DNA of 64,000 nucleotides from assembly GCF_001194135.2 (NCBI RefSeq), contig NC_068984.1:35092083-35156082 (forward strand), read 5' to 3'. The translations under genes were made by a program, and so were the position numbers. Numbering within the stretch: position 1 is the stretch's first letter; each line of letters opens with the position of its first letter. The DNA is from Octopus bimaculoides (taxonomy: Eukaryota). Under the pieces are notes generated by a model. It was not told the origin of the DNA, did not search any database, and saw nothing but the letters and a program-made list of their open reading frames with translations. Positions 14,300 through 26,804 of the stretch are shown piece after piece.

Positions 14300-14512
14300 G
14301 TTGTGTATCTGTGTTTGTGCCCCCCAACATCGCTTGACAACCGATGCTTTGTGTGTTTAGGTCTCCGTAACTTAGCGGTTCGACAAAAAGAGACCGATAG
14401 AATAAGTACTAGGCTTACAAAAATAAGTCATTGGGTCGATGTGATTCGACTAAAGGCGGTGCTCCAGCATGGCCGCATTCAAATGACTGAAACAAGTAAA
14501 AGAAAAAATAGA
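14300..14512 (+). mobile_element. SINE type A, 3' half (octopus OK/OR-like; family name unverified)
   Basis: TGTGTTTGTGCCCCCCAACATCGCTTGACAACCG...GACCGATAGAATAAGTACTAGGCTTAC...GGCGGTGCTCCAGCATGGCCGC...ACTGAAACAAGTAAAAGA. Homologous to copies at 29520-29720 and 52880-53040. Confidence 0.8.
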
Positions 14513-15147
14513 AAGAAAATACATATACTGATATTCACGTCGTTCAATTTCTGAATATCCGAATTCAGTTGTGTTGTTGCAATAAAATACATGTTTACTT
14601 ATTTGGGTAGTCAGGGATAAGTTTCATACAAAATTTAATATATTAAAATTTTAAAGTTTTCTTGAGATGTTCGTTTGTCTGTCCAGTTGGAGAATACAGT
14701 TGTATTTTTGCAATAGAAAGATGTTTACATTTTCGAATACTCAGAGAGAAAGGAAAGTATAGGTATTCAAAGAAGTTGTAGATATTACATTTTGTTTTTT
14801 TAAACTGATCTTTTGTGTTTTCGAAAACTATAGTTATGTAAGTTTCTGAACTTATTTTGAGAGAGATTTAAAATAATCACAGGAAATTGTAGATATTCCA
14901 GTCTTTGAGAATAATAGGAGTATGAGTTGTTCTTGTTGAACTTTTGAACTTTTGAATTTATTTTTCTTTTTCTTTTGGAATTTTTCTTTTCTTTTTAAGA
15001 GTTTTGTTGTGGTGTACAGTTTTTATAGTTGTGCGTATGTATATATTAGCAGGTGCTTACCTCATTAATTTTTTCTTTCGTGCATTTAATTGTGCTGTTA
15101 CAGTAAAAGGCATTACAGTTCTATATTTAAGAGATAAGGAATTATGC

Positions 15148-15299
15148 ACATTATTTACATTATTTACATTCGACGGATATATTTCCTCATACTGTTTGTT
15201 GTTCACACAACGTTTCGGCTGAAGTTTCCTCCAGCCTTCTTCAGTTGTCTTGGGAACATTTCGAACCTGGGTTCTGATTCCTAAGGTATTTTTCGATGT
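15148..15299 (-). mobile_element. Short (~150 nt) hammerhead-containing element, copy 1
   Basis: The reverse complement aligns end to end with 46498-46645. It contains CUGAAGA-A-GGCUG..CAGCC-GAAACGUU-GUGU and a (TAAATAATG)-type tail. Confidence 0.8.
15204..15249 (-). ncRNA. Minimal type-I hammerhead ribozyme motif (decayed helix I)
   Basis: Core CUGAAGA, one extra A, helix II GGCUG/CAGCC, GAAA, palindromic AACGUU helix III. Helix I has one mismatch. Confidence 0.6.
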
Positions 15300-15344
15300 A
15301 ATTATTATTATTGTAGTTGCTGTCTTTTGCCTTTAGTTGAAAGG

Positions 15345-15406
<62 letters not shown>

Positions 15407-15757
15407 CATTATTATTATTATTATTATTATTGTTTAGGCGGCATCTCAGGATTGCTAAAATAAAGTACCAGTCCAGTACCGGGGTGTATTTAATAAGCAA
15501 CAACCTTCCTATGAACATTATTATGCCAACATTTAAGCAAGTATTAGTATTGAATTCAGTAAACATTGCTCTCCCTGTTTCTTGTACGTTGATTTTCGTT
15601 ATATCTTGCCCTTCTACTCCACCCATCATACTGCATACGTGATCAGTAAACAAATCTCTTTATATAAATGTTAGTTCAACCTCTATTAAATGGTACTGTT
15701 TTGCTAGAGTCGTTAGAATGTCGGAAAGTGCTGTAGTACACTATTTGCTCCAGTTAC

Positions 15758-15836
<79 letters not shown>

Positions 15837-15837
15837 G

Positions 15838-16271
15838 TTGTTGGTTTTTCTTCTTTCTTCAAATTTTCTTGCATTTCTCGCCGAGTGTTTTCCGTACACC
15901 TAGGGCAGAGAAACTCGTTGTATACATTGCCAGTTTACACACGCAAATTCACAGGTAAAACATGTATTTAAGAAAACAAAAAAAATTCATGAATGGATGT
16001 TGTTTTCACAGCGATAATGCTCTTCTCAGTACATGAGTCGTTCCAGTTAGCACGATTTTTTGCACTTCCTGTAGGGATGATAAGCCTGATATCATTTTCA
16101 AATAGGTTTCAGTACCTTTTTTTATCATTCCTAGAGATCCTACAATCACTGGTATGGTAGTCGCCTTGAGGTGCCACATTTTTTTCAATTTCTATTAGCA
16201 AGTCTTTATATTTGCTGATCTTGTCAAATTCTTTCGCCGCTTTATTATGATCAGAGGGAATACTCATGTCA

Positions 16272-16272
<1 letters not shown>
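15838..16272 (-). mobile_element. R4/Dong 3' end (RLE C-terminus plus 3' UTR) embedded in (TAA)n
   Basis: KKMWHLKATTIPVIVGSLGMIKKGTETYLKMISGLSSLQEVQKIVLTGTTHVLRRALSL*, with (TAA)n on both sides (15758-15836 and 16272-16360). Confidence 0.85.
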
Positions 16273-16360
<88 letters not shown>

Positions 16361-16364
<4 letters not shown>

Positions 16365-16401
16365 TAGTTTTATTTTTATAACGTGCTTTCACTTCACTAC
16401 C
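16361..16401 (-). mobile_element. Very short repeat within (TAA)n, probably an extremely 5'-truncated R4/Dong 3' tip
   Basis: TCAGTAGTTTTATTTTTATAACGTGCTTTCACTTCACT recurs at 63440-63490, also inside (ATT)n. Assignment to Dong is recalled similarity, not verified. Confidence 0.5.
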
Positions 16402-16442
16402 TATTATTATTATTATTTTTTATTTATTTTTTTTTTTTTTTA

Positions 16443-16590
16443 CTGTGTTCAAATCCCGCTAATGATGAATTTTCTTTTATCCTTTCGAGGTCGATAAAAT
16501 AATGTAAAGTTAAGACTTGTGATCGATGATGTCAATTACTCACCTTCCTTCATAATTTACTGGTCTTGTGCCTAAATCAGAAACAATTAT
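16443..16590 (+). mobile_element. SINE type C, 5'-truncated
   Basis: B-box-like GTGTTCAAATCCC followed by CCTTTCGAGGTCGATAAAATAA...CTGGTCTTGTGCCTAAAT. Homologous to 23650-23855 and 30384-30524. Confidence 0.65.
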
Positions 16591-17384
16591 TGTATGTGTT
16601 TGTGTTGGAGGTGGTGATGTTGGAATCGCTGCTGGTGGTTAACCTTAAGTCATTTCTGATCAAGCAAAGCTATGTTCAAAAAACTTCTAGTCGTATCAGT
16701 ATTGTTTTTCTCCTATTGTTTTTCTTATTTTCTTTATAAGTACCTGTGAATATCAATATCCACTTTGTTCTTTTATTTCAGGCGGTACATTTAGCTGTTA
16801 TATCTAGCGAGTCGAGCTGCTACGTAGAAGCTCAATAGTTGGCTTGTAGATGTTGTTGTTGTGGGTGTTCATATTATCACTGCTGCTACCGTTCATTCAA
16901 ATGCTGCTAGCATTAATATTTCGTGTGACGGTGGCGGTAGTTATGGAAGCGGGAGGTTTCTCTGAAGCATTCTTCGTTTCTTCTTTGATAAGGACACGAC
17001 GTCACGTAGTTTAACTTCGGTTTGCTATTTTCATATGATGGTGGGAATTCGCTAAACAAAGAATCCGAAATCTGCCTTCATTTATACACTAGTTGCCTGT
17101 ATGATTCCCCAACTAAACATTACCACAATCTCCCTGCTGAGCCCTTTCTTTTCTACAAACTCTCTCATCTTTTCTCGATGTCTGTATCAGTTTATACGTT
17201 CACTTATATACACGCGCACATAAATACAAACATATACATGCACGCGCACAGCCATTCAATTGTGGCCATGCTGGAGTAACGCCTTAAGGTGTCACTTCGA
17301 GCCCAGTACTTATTTGATACAGATATTAATTGTATCAATCTGTATTCGTTGAATCACTGATACACGTCTTGATACAAACAAACG

Positions 17385-17456
<72 letters not shown>

Positions 17457-17971
17457 TATATACATACATGCATATATAGAAGTAAATGCAGGGATAAGCA
17501 AATTAGACAGATCAATATATAAAGTATATTAAATTCATGGAAAACAAAAACAGTATATACGTACACACACGTACACAAACAAACGCACACTTATATATAC
17601 AGACACACACACATACACACATGCACACAAATAAACAAATACACGCACATATTGATATAGATAGGCAGAGAGAGAAGGGAAGAGAGAGAAAGGGAAAGCT
17701 AGAGACTATTTTATCAGATCTACAGATCTACTTCTATTTGTCTACGAGCTATGTCTGTCGTCGCAATGTGACCCATTCAATTTTTGTCTAGTGCATACGA
17801 CATATTTGTGACTAAAGCTGTGTCTGACAGTTTTGTTGTGTGAACTCGGAGGTGTTCTTTCAGATTATCTCCACTTCGAATTACCTCCCGGTAACTCAAA
17901 ACCGTGTTTATATTAGCGGGACGTTTGATGAAATCGATTTCAAATAATCCTTGGCTGGTAGACAGACGTTA

Positions 17972-18027
<56 letters not shown>

Positions 18028-18096
18028 CGTCACCACCTCCACTTCTACCCCCATCCCACCTCCAATACTACTTCAACTACTCGTACATCTAATTTC

Positions 18097-18135
<39 letters not shown>

Positions 18136-18176
18136 CAGCAGCAGCAGCAGCAGCAGCAGAAGTAGTAGTAAGTAGT

Positions 18177-18241
<65 letters not shown>

Positions 18242-18509
18242 TTTCAAGGTAATATGAAAGCGCAGGTTCAGAATATCCCGAGCTATAAATGAACTGTTTC
18301 GAGTGTGTTTCATATGGAATACTTTTCAGAATAGAGTGACGTAACTTCAAATGGGAAAGTAGATTGAATCTTTTTGCACGGATAAGCAATGGTAAATTTA
18401 CATAAGATCATATGTGTCGATTGTTTCCATGCTGTTAATTGCCACAATGCTTTTCCTAATTACTCTCTACCTTTCAGTACTTAGTAATTATGCAATTATC
18501 CATGTTTTG

Positions 18510-18790
18510 TACGAGGGGTTGCTGAAAGGATCCTGGCTTTGGGTAAAAAAAATACAGGAGAATCAGTTAACTATGATTTTATTCAACATATTCTCCTCTC
18601 AGATTCACACTTATTGTAGCGATTCTTCTAGTTTTTTTTTTTTTTTTTAATTCTGTAAAAGAACTCGGAAGGATGGGCCTCGAAGCAGGCCTTTCGCGAT
18701 ACCCTTGAAGACAGGAATTTTCAGCACCGCTCCTATTTTTCTGTCAGCCTTCGTTAATCTCGTCGAACAGAATGTTTATATCCTAGTCTC
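18510..18790. mobile_element. Mariner terminal remnant
   Basis: TA + CGAGGGGTTGCTGAAAGGATCCTGGCTTT is a mariner-type TIR. A related TIR fragment lies at about 20403-20432. Confidence 0.55.
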
Positions 18791-19195
18791 TATCAAAGTT
18801 TCCTGATGTCTTCATTTCTCAACCTTTAAGTTTACTTTATTTTTATAATATATACGACATATTTTAAACAATAACATCGTTGGTTTTAGGTTTCTACTAA
18901 AGCTATTGCAGCTGACTAACTTAGCGCGAGCTGCAGCGGATTGCCTGTGCTAATTGATCGGAAAACTTTCCACGAGGTAATTTTGTTCTAAAACACCGTT
19001 TTATTGATTTTTCTAGCTAATATTTTCATCCTCCGGTAATATACATCATTGCCGGATTGTATAGAGATACATGAAAGCACACACGCATGCACATGCACGC
19101 ACATATGTATGTATGAAAATATATGTGTGTGTGTTTAAAAATGTATGTATTTAAAATGTGTATGTGCTTACATATGTCTATACACGCATAAATGT

Positions 19196-19579
19196 GGAGG
19201 CGCAATGGCCCAGTGGTTAAGGCAGCGGACTCGCAGTCATAGGATCGCGGTTTCGATTCCCAGACCGAGCGTTGTGAGTGTTTATTGAGCGAAAACACCT
19301 AAAGCGCCACGAGGCTCCGGCAGGGGATGGTGGTGAACCCTGCTGTACGCTTTCACCACAGCTTTCTCTCACTCTTACTTCCTGTTTCTGGTGTGCCTGT
19401 AATTCAAACGGCCAGCCTTGTCACACTGTCACGCTGAATATCCCTGAGAACTACTTTAAGGGTACACGTGTCTGTGGAGTGCTCAGCCACTTCCACGTTA
19501 ATTTCACGAGCAGGCTGTTCCGTCGATCGGATCAACTGGAACCCTCGACGTCTTAAGCGACGGAGTGCCAACAAAAACA
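19196..19579 (+). mobile_element. Full-length tRNA-derived SINE, type B
   Basis: tRNA-like head with A box TGGCCCAGTGG and B box GTTTCGATTCC. The body does not complete a tRNA, and the 3' module ...GCTGTTCCGTCGATCGGATCAACTGGAACCCTCG...GACGGAGTGCCAAC is shared with 28386-28706. Confidence 0.9.
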
Positions 19580-19951
19580 CGCATAAATATATATATGTAT
19601 ATATGTGTGTGTATGTGAGAGGGAGTGTGTGTACTTGTGCGTGTCTGTGAATGGATATGAACAGAAAGAAGTGACTAGGAATGGCCAGTGGTATACTTAT
19701 GAATAGTAAACACAAAAAGAGTTGTCATTTACAATTTAACAAAACATATGGATTCATTAATGTTCATAAAGTATCTCAAGGGAAATCAGGGGAAGATCAT
19801 TGGGGAGTACTGCTCCCAAATCTGGTATCTTGCAGAGAAAGGGGAAAAGTGCCTTGTGACAATCTGTATCCATTTGAAAAAAGATGTACCCAAGAATGAG
19901 AAGTAGATAGTATTTGATAGAGATTTATCCTCTCTCTCTCTTTCTCTTTCA

Positions 19952-20021
<70 letters not shown>

Positions 20022-20113
20022 CTTCTGCAAGTACGTGCCTATCCGTATCTATATCACTGGCTGGCTATCAAAATGCACACAGACATACAGGCGTAAAACC
20101 ACGCGCACGCACG

Positions 20114-20158
<45 letters not shown>

Positions 20159-20835
20159 TCACAGAGGCACACACGCAGACAGACACGCACACATACACAA
20201 GCACATATACACAAGCATGCAAATGTGGGGAAGCATGGGGCTTTGTATACCTGAGCATGTATAATTAAAACATTTTATTAATGGAATGTTTGTGTCAAAC
20301 TATTTGCATCAGTCTATGCCTTTTATTTTCTCTAGCTATCTAGTCACCTGTATATCTAAAGCCTATCAGAACATTCTAATATCTAGAAGGCTGATAGAGA
20401 AATAGGAGTGATGCTGAAAACTTCCTGGCTTCAAGTGTATCGTGGTTTACCTACTAACTAAATATAAGCGCCAAATCTATACAAACTTCAAACCTATCAA
20501 TGTTGTATATACGTTAAGTGTGTTACACAGATGATGTTTATCATTTAATGCTGTTTTAATTTCGTACACCATGTTTTTTTTTGTTTTTTTTAGCCAGGCA
20601 AGCTTTCTGTAATCTTAGCGAACGTATCATTCAGCGTTAGCAGTATGTCGGGGGAGACAGATTTTCGCTAGGCGTATGGCTACAGGCTTTATGTCAGTGA
20701 CAAGTCACAACAAGAGTGAAAGATGCTAGTTGGTGTATGAATCGACTTATCTAGATAAATAAATAACCATCAGCTATGTTGTGTGTTAATCTACTTAATC
20801 TGTCTCACGTAGTAATCATTAAAATAATAATAATA

Positions 20836-20917
<82 letters not shown>

Positions 20918-20939
20918 CAACAACAACAGCGTCAATAAT

Positions 20940-21300
20940 AATTGTAATACAAAGAGGTGGCATCTTAAAACAAGAACTGTTTTTGTTATTGTAGATGCCC
21001 TAGGTATGATAAAAAAGAGATGTCAGAAACATCTAGATAATTTCCCAGGAGAACCATGTCTCACAGAAATCAAAGAGATTGTGCTGGCATGTACTGCCCA
21101 TATCCTTACAAAAGCCCTATCCATTTAAATATCTGTGTTGTATTACCTAAAGATATTTTGCTACTGTCTCCTCCACAAGCTTTCAGTCAAACGGTTAAAA
21201 TTTTTATCCTTCAATCGCCCTAGGACATAGGGTGTGTCTCGGCATGTGATTGTAACAAACATGTACATTAAAAGTAAATAATAATAATTACAATAACTAT
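20940..21300 (+). mobile_element. R4/Dong 3' end
   Basis: WHLKTRTVFVIVDALGMIKKRCQKHLDNFPGEPCLTEIKEIVLACTAHILTKALSI*. Preceded by (AAT)n at 20821-20925 and followed by an AATAATAAT tail. Confidence 0.85.
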
Positions 21301-21996
21301 GATTAATCTCATGCACATATTAAGTTAGTCGTTCACTTTCTCCCTCACTCACTCAGAAAACCACAACCATGGAATCCCATTTCCACACCCACTCAATCCT
21401 CAATTTAATGAAAACTGTTCATCAATAAATTAAACAATGTGTGATGGTGTGTGTGTGTGCGTGCGTATGTGAGTGCGTGTGTGTGCATATTTGTTTAATG
21501 TCCACTTTTCCATCATTACATGTGTCGAACAGAATTTACTGAGGCAGATTTTCTACAGCTGGGTGCCCTTCCTATTGCAAAATTTTACCTGTTTCTAAAC
21601 AAGGTAATATTTCCCATTGACCATAGTATATATATATATATATATATNNNNNNNNNNNNNNNNNNNNNNNNNNNNNNNNNNNNNNNNNNNNNNNNNNNNN
21701 NNNNNNNNNNNNNNNNNNNNNNNNNNNNNNNNNNNNNNNNNNNNNNNNNNNNNNNNNNNNNNNNNNNNNNNNNNNNNNNNNNNNNNNNNNNNNNNNNNNN
21801 NNNNNNNNNNNNNNNNNNNNNNNNNNNNNNNNNNNNNNNNNNNNNNNNNNNNNNNNNNNNNNNNNNNNNNNNNNNNNNNNNNNNNNNNNNNNNNNNNNNN
21901 NNNNNNNNNNNNNNNNNNNNNNNNNNNNNNNNNNNNNNNNNNNNNNNNNNNNNNNNNNNNNNNNNNNNNNNNNNNNNNNNNNNNNNNNNNNNNNNN

Positions 21997-22062
<66 letters not shown>

Positions 22063-22232
22063 TGCATGTGTGTGTGTGTGTGTGTATGTGTGTATGATAT
22101 TAATTGCTACTAATAGTTTCATATTCATCAGGCACAAACCATACATCATAACGAATTGAAAAAGAACGCGCATATGTATCTATATATGCATTTATGTATA
22201 TATGCACACGCATTTATACGTCAGTCAGCATT

Positions 22233-22284
<52 letters not shown>

Positions 22285-22384
22285 TGTATATATACATGTT
22301 TTAGTGCGTACATGTATTTGTGTGTGTGTGTGTGTGTGTGTTTTTGTATGTATACATGCATACACACACATACACACACACACG

Positions 22385-22483
<99 letters not shown>

Positions 22484-22599
22484 CAGGCCTCACAATGCAG
22501 TACTCTGTAAACGAAATATGAATAAGTTCACACATTGAGTTTAATGTTTCTTGGGGCTGAATTTTTCTCACTATTTTAATATCATGCTGCTGTAAGAAC

Positions 22600-23260
22600 T
22601 GCGTTTCTTCATTATTAGGATTGGCTTAATACAGATTCAGACAATCACATCCTTTTGCCTATGACACTGTTTTCTTTATCCTGTTTATAATATTAATAAT
22701 TTATTGTCTATGTCTGTCATCATCGCATCTAGTATTTTATGGGCTGGTCTCTCATTTCATTGGTCAGTTTCGTTATTTCTTTCTATCATTTCGTTTTTCA
22801 AATCCTGTTCCACTCTAGCTGTTTATTTTTTCTTGTTTCTTTTAATTTCTTTCTGGATTTCTTCATTTTAGATATCGTTTTCTTTTGGCTAACAAAATGC
22901 TCTTTCTTTCACTGTCTGGTACTTGTCTTATCACATCCTGTTTTAGTAATGTATTATGTGTTTTCGGAATTGCATCATTTAGCCTTTCTTAATTAGTTCA
23001 TTCAGTAAATGGCCGCTATTTGCGCACAAATGAAATCATTTATACCATATTTTATTAAAATTGTCACTGTCTATTGCAGAAATGTTTTTGTTTTTTTGTA
23101 TCTGAAAACGATACAGATGGTTTTGGTGCAATTTGGGGTGAGGGTGTATATATGCATTTTTCAGTATTTTAAGTTTCTGCATAATTTACGTGTTGTTCCA
23201 TGGTTATTAACTTTATCATATTTCAAACGTCAATATTCTATCGGATGCTTAACAATGGAA
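22600..23260 (-). mobile_element. Highly decayed R4/Dong N-terminal region
   Basis: Minus-strand NDFICAQIAA...KQLEWNRI*KTK**KEITKLTNE...ILDAMMTDIDNKL resembles the corresponding region of 12400-12800. Confidence 0.45.
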
Positions 23261-23649
23261 CGAAGAACTATTTAAATGCAACGTTATTTTAGTAATCGTA
23301 AAGTGATAAAGATATATTTCGCATATAAACATATATAGTGCATGAGTATTTTGTATTTCGCATATTAAGCAAGATGCAAAACAAGAAGAGAACCAATATG
23401 TACATGGGGTAAACATTTTTCATCAATTCTAGTAATATATATCTAATTTCAAAGAGTGCTTCAATAATGACGTTGCGTTTCTTCGTATACCTGGATAGTT
23501 GCTTTGATATATTTTCTGAAGGTCTGCCATCTAGAAAGGACAAGAATACAACAACGACAGTTGACTACAGTCTTTACAAGTATCTATAACATTACGTTAA
23601 CGTACATTGTCAATAAAAACAAAAACAGCAGCAAAAAAAATATAAGTAT

Positions 23650-23855
23650 TTCAAATTTTGACACAAGGCCAGCAAGTTTGGGAATGGGGATAAGTCGATT
23701 GCATCGACCCTAGTGTTTACCTCGTACTTACTTTATCGACACCAAAAGGATAAATGGCGAAGCCGACCACGGAGGAATTTATACTCAGAATATAAAGGCA
23801 GATAAATAGCACTAAGCATTTCGCCCAGCGTGCTTACTATTCTGCTGGCTTGCCT
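23650..23855 (-). mobile_element. SINE type C
   Basis: ACACAAGGCCAGCAAG...GTCGATTGCATCGACCC...TTTATCGACACC...CACTAAGCATTTCGCCCAGCGTGCTTAC, with the tRNA-like head at the right end. Confidence 0.8.
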
Positions 23856-23862
23856 AATACTG

Positions 23863-23930
<68 letters not shown>

Positions 23931-24132
23931 CATCATGATGATGATGATGATCATCATCATCATCATCATCATCATTATCATCATCATCATCATAGCAAGT
24001 ATACACAGTACACAACAAAGCAAAAAGAAGCATCGGTAGACTGAAACGGTAATAAGAAAGAGAGGGCGTGATAATGATGTTGGCCTCAAATCGAGGAACC
24101 CCAACATCCATGATCTCATTGAGCACCAAAAG

Positions 24133-25395
24133 TCTTGGTAAACATCCAACTCTAAAACCACTTCTCGATCTCTCGCTATTCTGTAAAGCCACGACTAGCA
24201 CAACACGACATCTCAAAAACATTTTACCGTTTCTGTCTTGGTCTTATACATCGTATCCGCTAACTCCATGCTTTGCAGAGTGCAGCGTCTAGCTTTTTTT
24301 CTCCAAGCCAACACACTTCCTTTTCGGCTTCAGCTACCAGCCATTCATCTTTATTCCGTCCATCGATACATATAACGTTAGCATACACATGTGACAAATA
24401 TGCCAAACCCTGCAAGTCACACACAATCACAACAGTTAAGCATAAATCGAGTACAGGACCTGAATCCCTCACCAACTTCACAGTTGTTCACAAGAGCAAC
24501 AGCAAGATGATACAGAAAATAACGAGTAATACATTCTTACAAAAGTAGATAGCATAGACGAAATTCTGTCGAAAACTACCCATGACAGACAATAGAAACA
24601 CATATTTGAAATTTCGAGAACATCAAGCAGACGCTGCACTCTGCAAAGCATGGAGTTAGCGGATACGATGTATAAGACCAAGCCAGACACGGTAAAATGT
24701 TTTTGAGATGTCGTGTTGTGCTAGTCGTGGCTTTACAGAATAGCGAGAGATCGAGAAGTGGTTTTAGAGTTGGATGTTAGCCAAGATATTCCGAGACTTG
24801 GTCCGCTAACACTTAAGCAAGATAAAGCCATGGTGTGAACAGGAGTGGAAATCAGATACGTTTAGGAGTGGGGTGTGTTCCGCTGGAGAGGGTTGAGGTA
24901 TGATTGCTATTATTGGATTGGGTGGCGATGGCTTGGAATACAGTGAGAATGTAGGGTGTGGAGCATCCTCATTGTTCGAAGACAGTGATTATTTTTTGAC
25001 AAGGTCTCACAGTCGTACTCCCAGAAGCACAGGCGATGGGGCAAGAGGAATTAAATGTAAAGGATGGCCCGTTTGGTGTGTGTGGATGAGGCAGAAAACA
25101 ATGAAGACTAGAAAGGGTATCAGGGTGTTTATAAAAGGCAGTTGGTGGTGATAGTACAGTCCAAGTGGTTGACAAATGTTAAAGAAGTTGGTGGGCATTT
25201 CAGATGCAAAGGTGAAATCAAAGGAAGAATCAAAAGAGCTGAGAAATGAGATGAAAGTCTTCAGTAATTCGTGAGTGAGTTACAGTCCGATGCAGTTATG
25301 CATAAAGCTTCCTTATAATTCTGGAGTAGGTCGGGTGAAATATGAGGAGACACAGGCTTCGACATAACCAAGGAACAAGCTAATATTATTGCAAG
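24133..25395 (-). mobile_element. Penelope-like element RT fragment with internal fold-back duplication
   Basis: Minus-strand LFLGYVEACVSSYFTRPTPEL*GSFMHNCIGL*LTHELLKTFISFLSSFDSSFDFTF (YIDD region decayed) and AFYKHPDTLSSLH..PHPH. 24133-24290 is the reverse complement of 24629-24786. Confidence 0.75.
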
Positions 25396-25809
25396 ATATA
25401 CGCACACACTCACGCGTGTACGTAACCCTACCACACACAAACGCACCCAAACAAGTACACGCATAGGTACACGCACACTCACGCAGGCACGTACACACAC
25501 TCACGCACGCACATACACACACATTCACACACACATCCAAACAAGCAAGCACATACGCAAGCACATACGCACACCAACACACACACACGCAAATACACAA
25601 ACACACACAAACTCTCAAACACATATAGAGGCATGCATGTTTGCATCTATATGTCTTTGTTTATTCGTAAATATGAGTGTGTATATGTATGAAGTTCAAA
25701 TTTTAACCGTTTTGTTTATAGTACATTTCGGTGTATTTATATTATTGAGACGCACTGGCACACATGCGTAAATGCATGCTCACATACACACTTGCATACA
25801 TACATGCAT

Positions 25810-25916
<107 letters not shown>

Positions 25917-26539
25917 CACACACTCAATAACTGCACCTGCTGATTGACACACACGCGCTTCGGAATGATTCCTCCATCTCCAATATAATTTTTGTATTTT
26001 ACATAAATACATAGTGTTTTTCGTGTTACTTTAGTTCCTCTTCGCCCTCCACTTTCGTCTTATTACTTTATATTTGTGTGTGTGTGTGTGTATGTGTGTG
26101 TGTGTGTGTGTGCGTGTGTGTATGAGTGTGAGTGTGTGCGAGCGTCTGTGTGCATATATTTGTGCCTGTATATTTTGTTTGTGCCCGCTTTTGTTATATG
26201 TGTATGTTTCTGCGTGTATCTATATTTTCACACACACACACATACACACGCGCACACATTACCTTCGATTATGTATTCTCTCACCCACTTTTCTCTGTCA
26301 CTCACTCTCCTTTTATTCGCCTCCCATATCGATCAATTTATTTGCGTTGGTCCACTGTCTGTGTATATCCTTGAGTCAGTATATCTGACTGAACAGAATA
26401 GAATTAATTATGTGCGTGTGTGTGATCGAGTTTCCTCGCTCTGACATTTGTCTGTGTGCCCGTGTAGCGTGTGAGTGTTTATGTACATGTGATTCCACCT
26501 TAAATATTGAAATACTTTAATATTCGAAACCCATATCAC

Positions 26540-26582
<43 letters not shown>

Positions 26583-26717
26583 CATCCATAATCTGTGTAT
26601 GATATTAGTTATGCTATATAATCGCTTTTATTTCTCCCTCTTTCCTGGCTACAAATTTGTATACATACATACTTTTATCTTTAGTTATATCTTCCACTCT
26701 TTCAATATCTCTTTCTT

Positions 26718-26804
<87 letters not shown>

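Noticed and set aside
19196-19270. tRNA-like sequence with A and B boxes
   Set aside because: It lacks a closing acceptor stem and continues into a SINE body, so it is called a SINE head rather than a tRNA gene.
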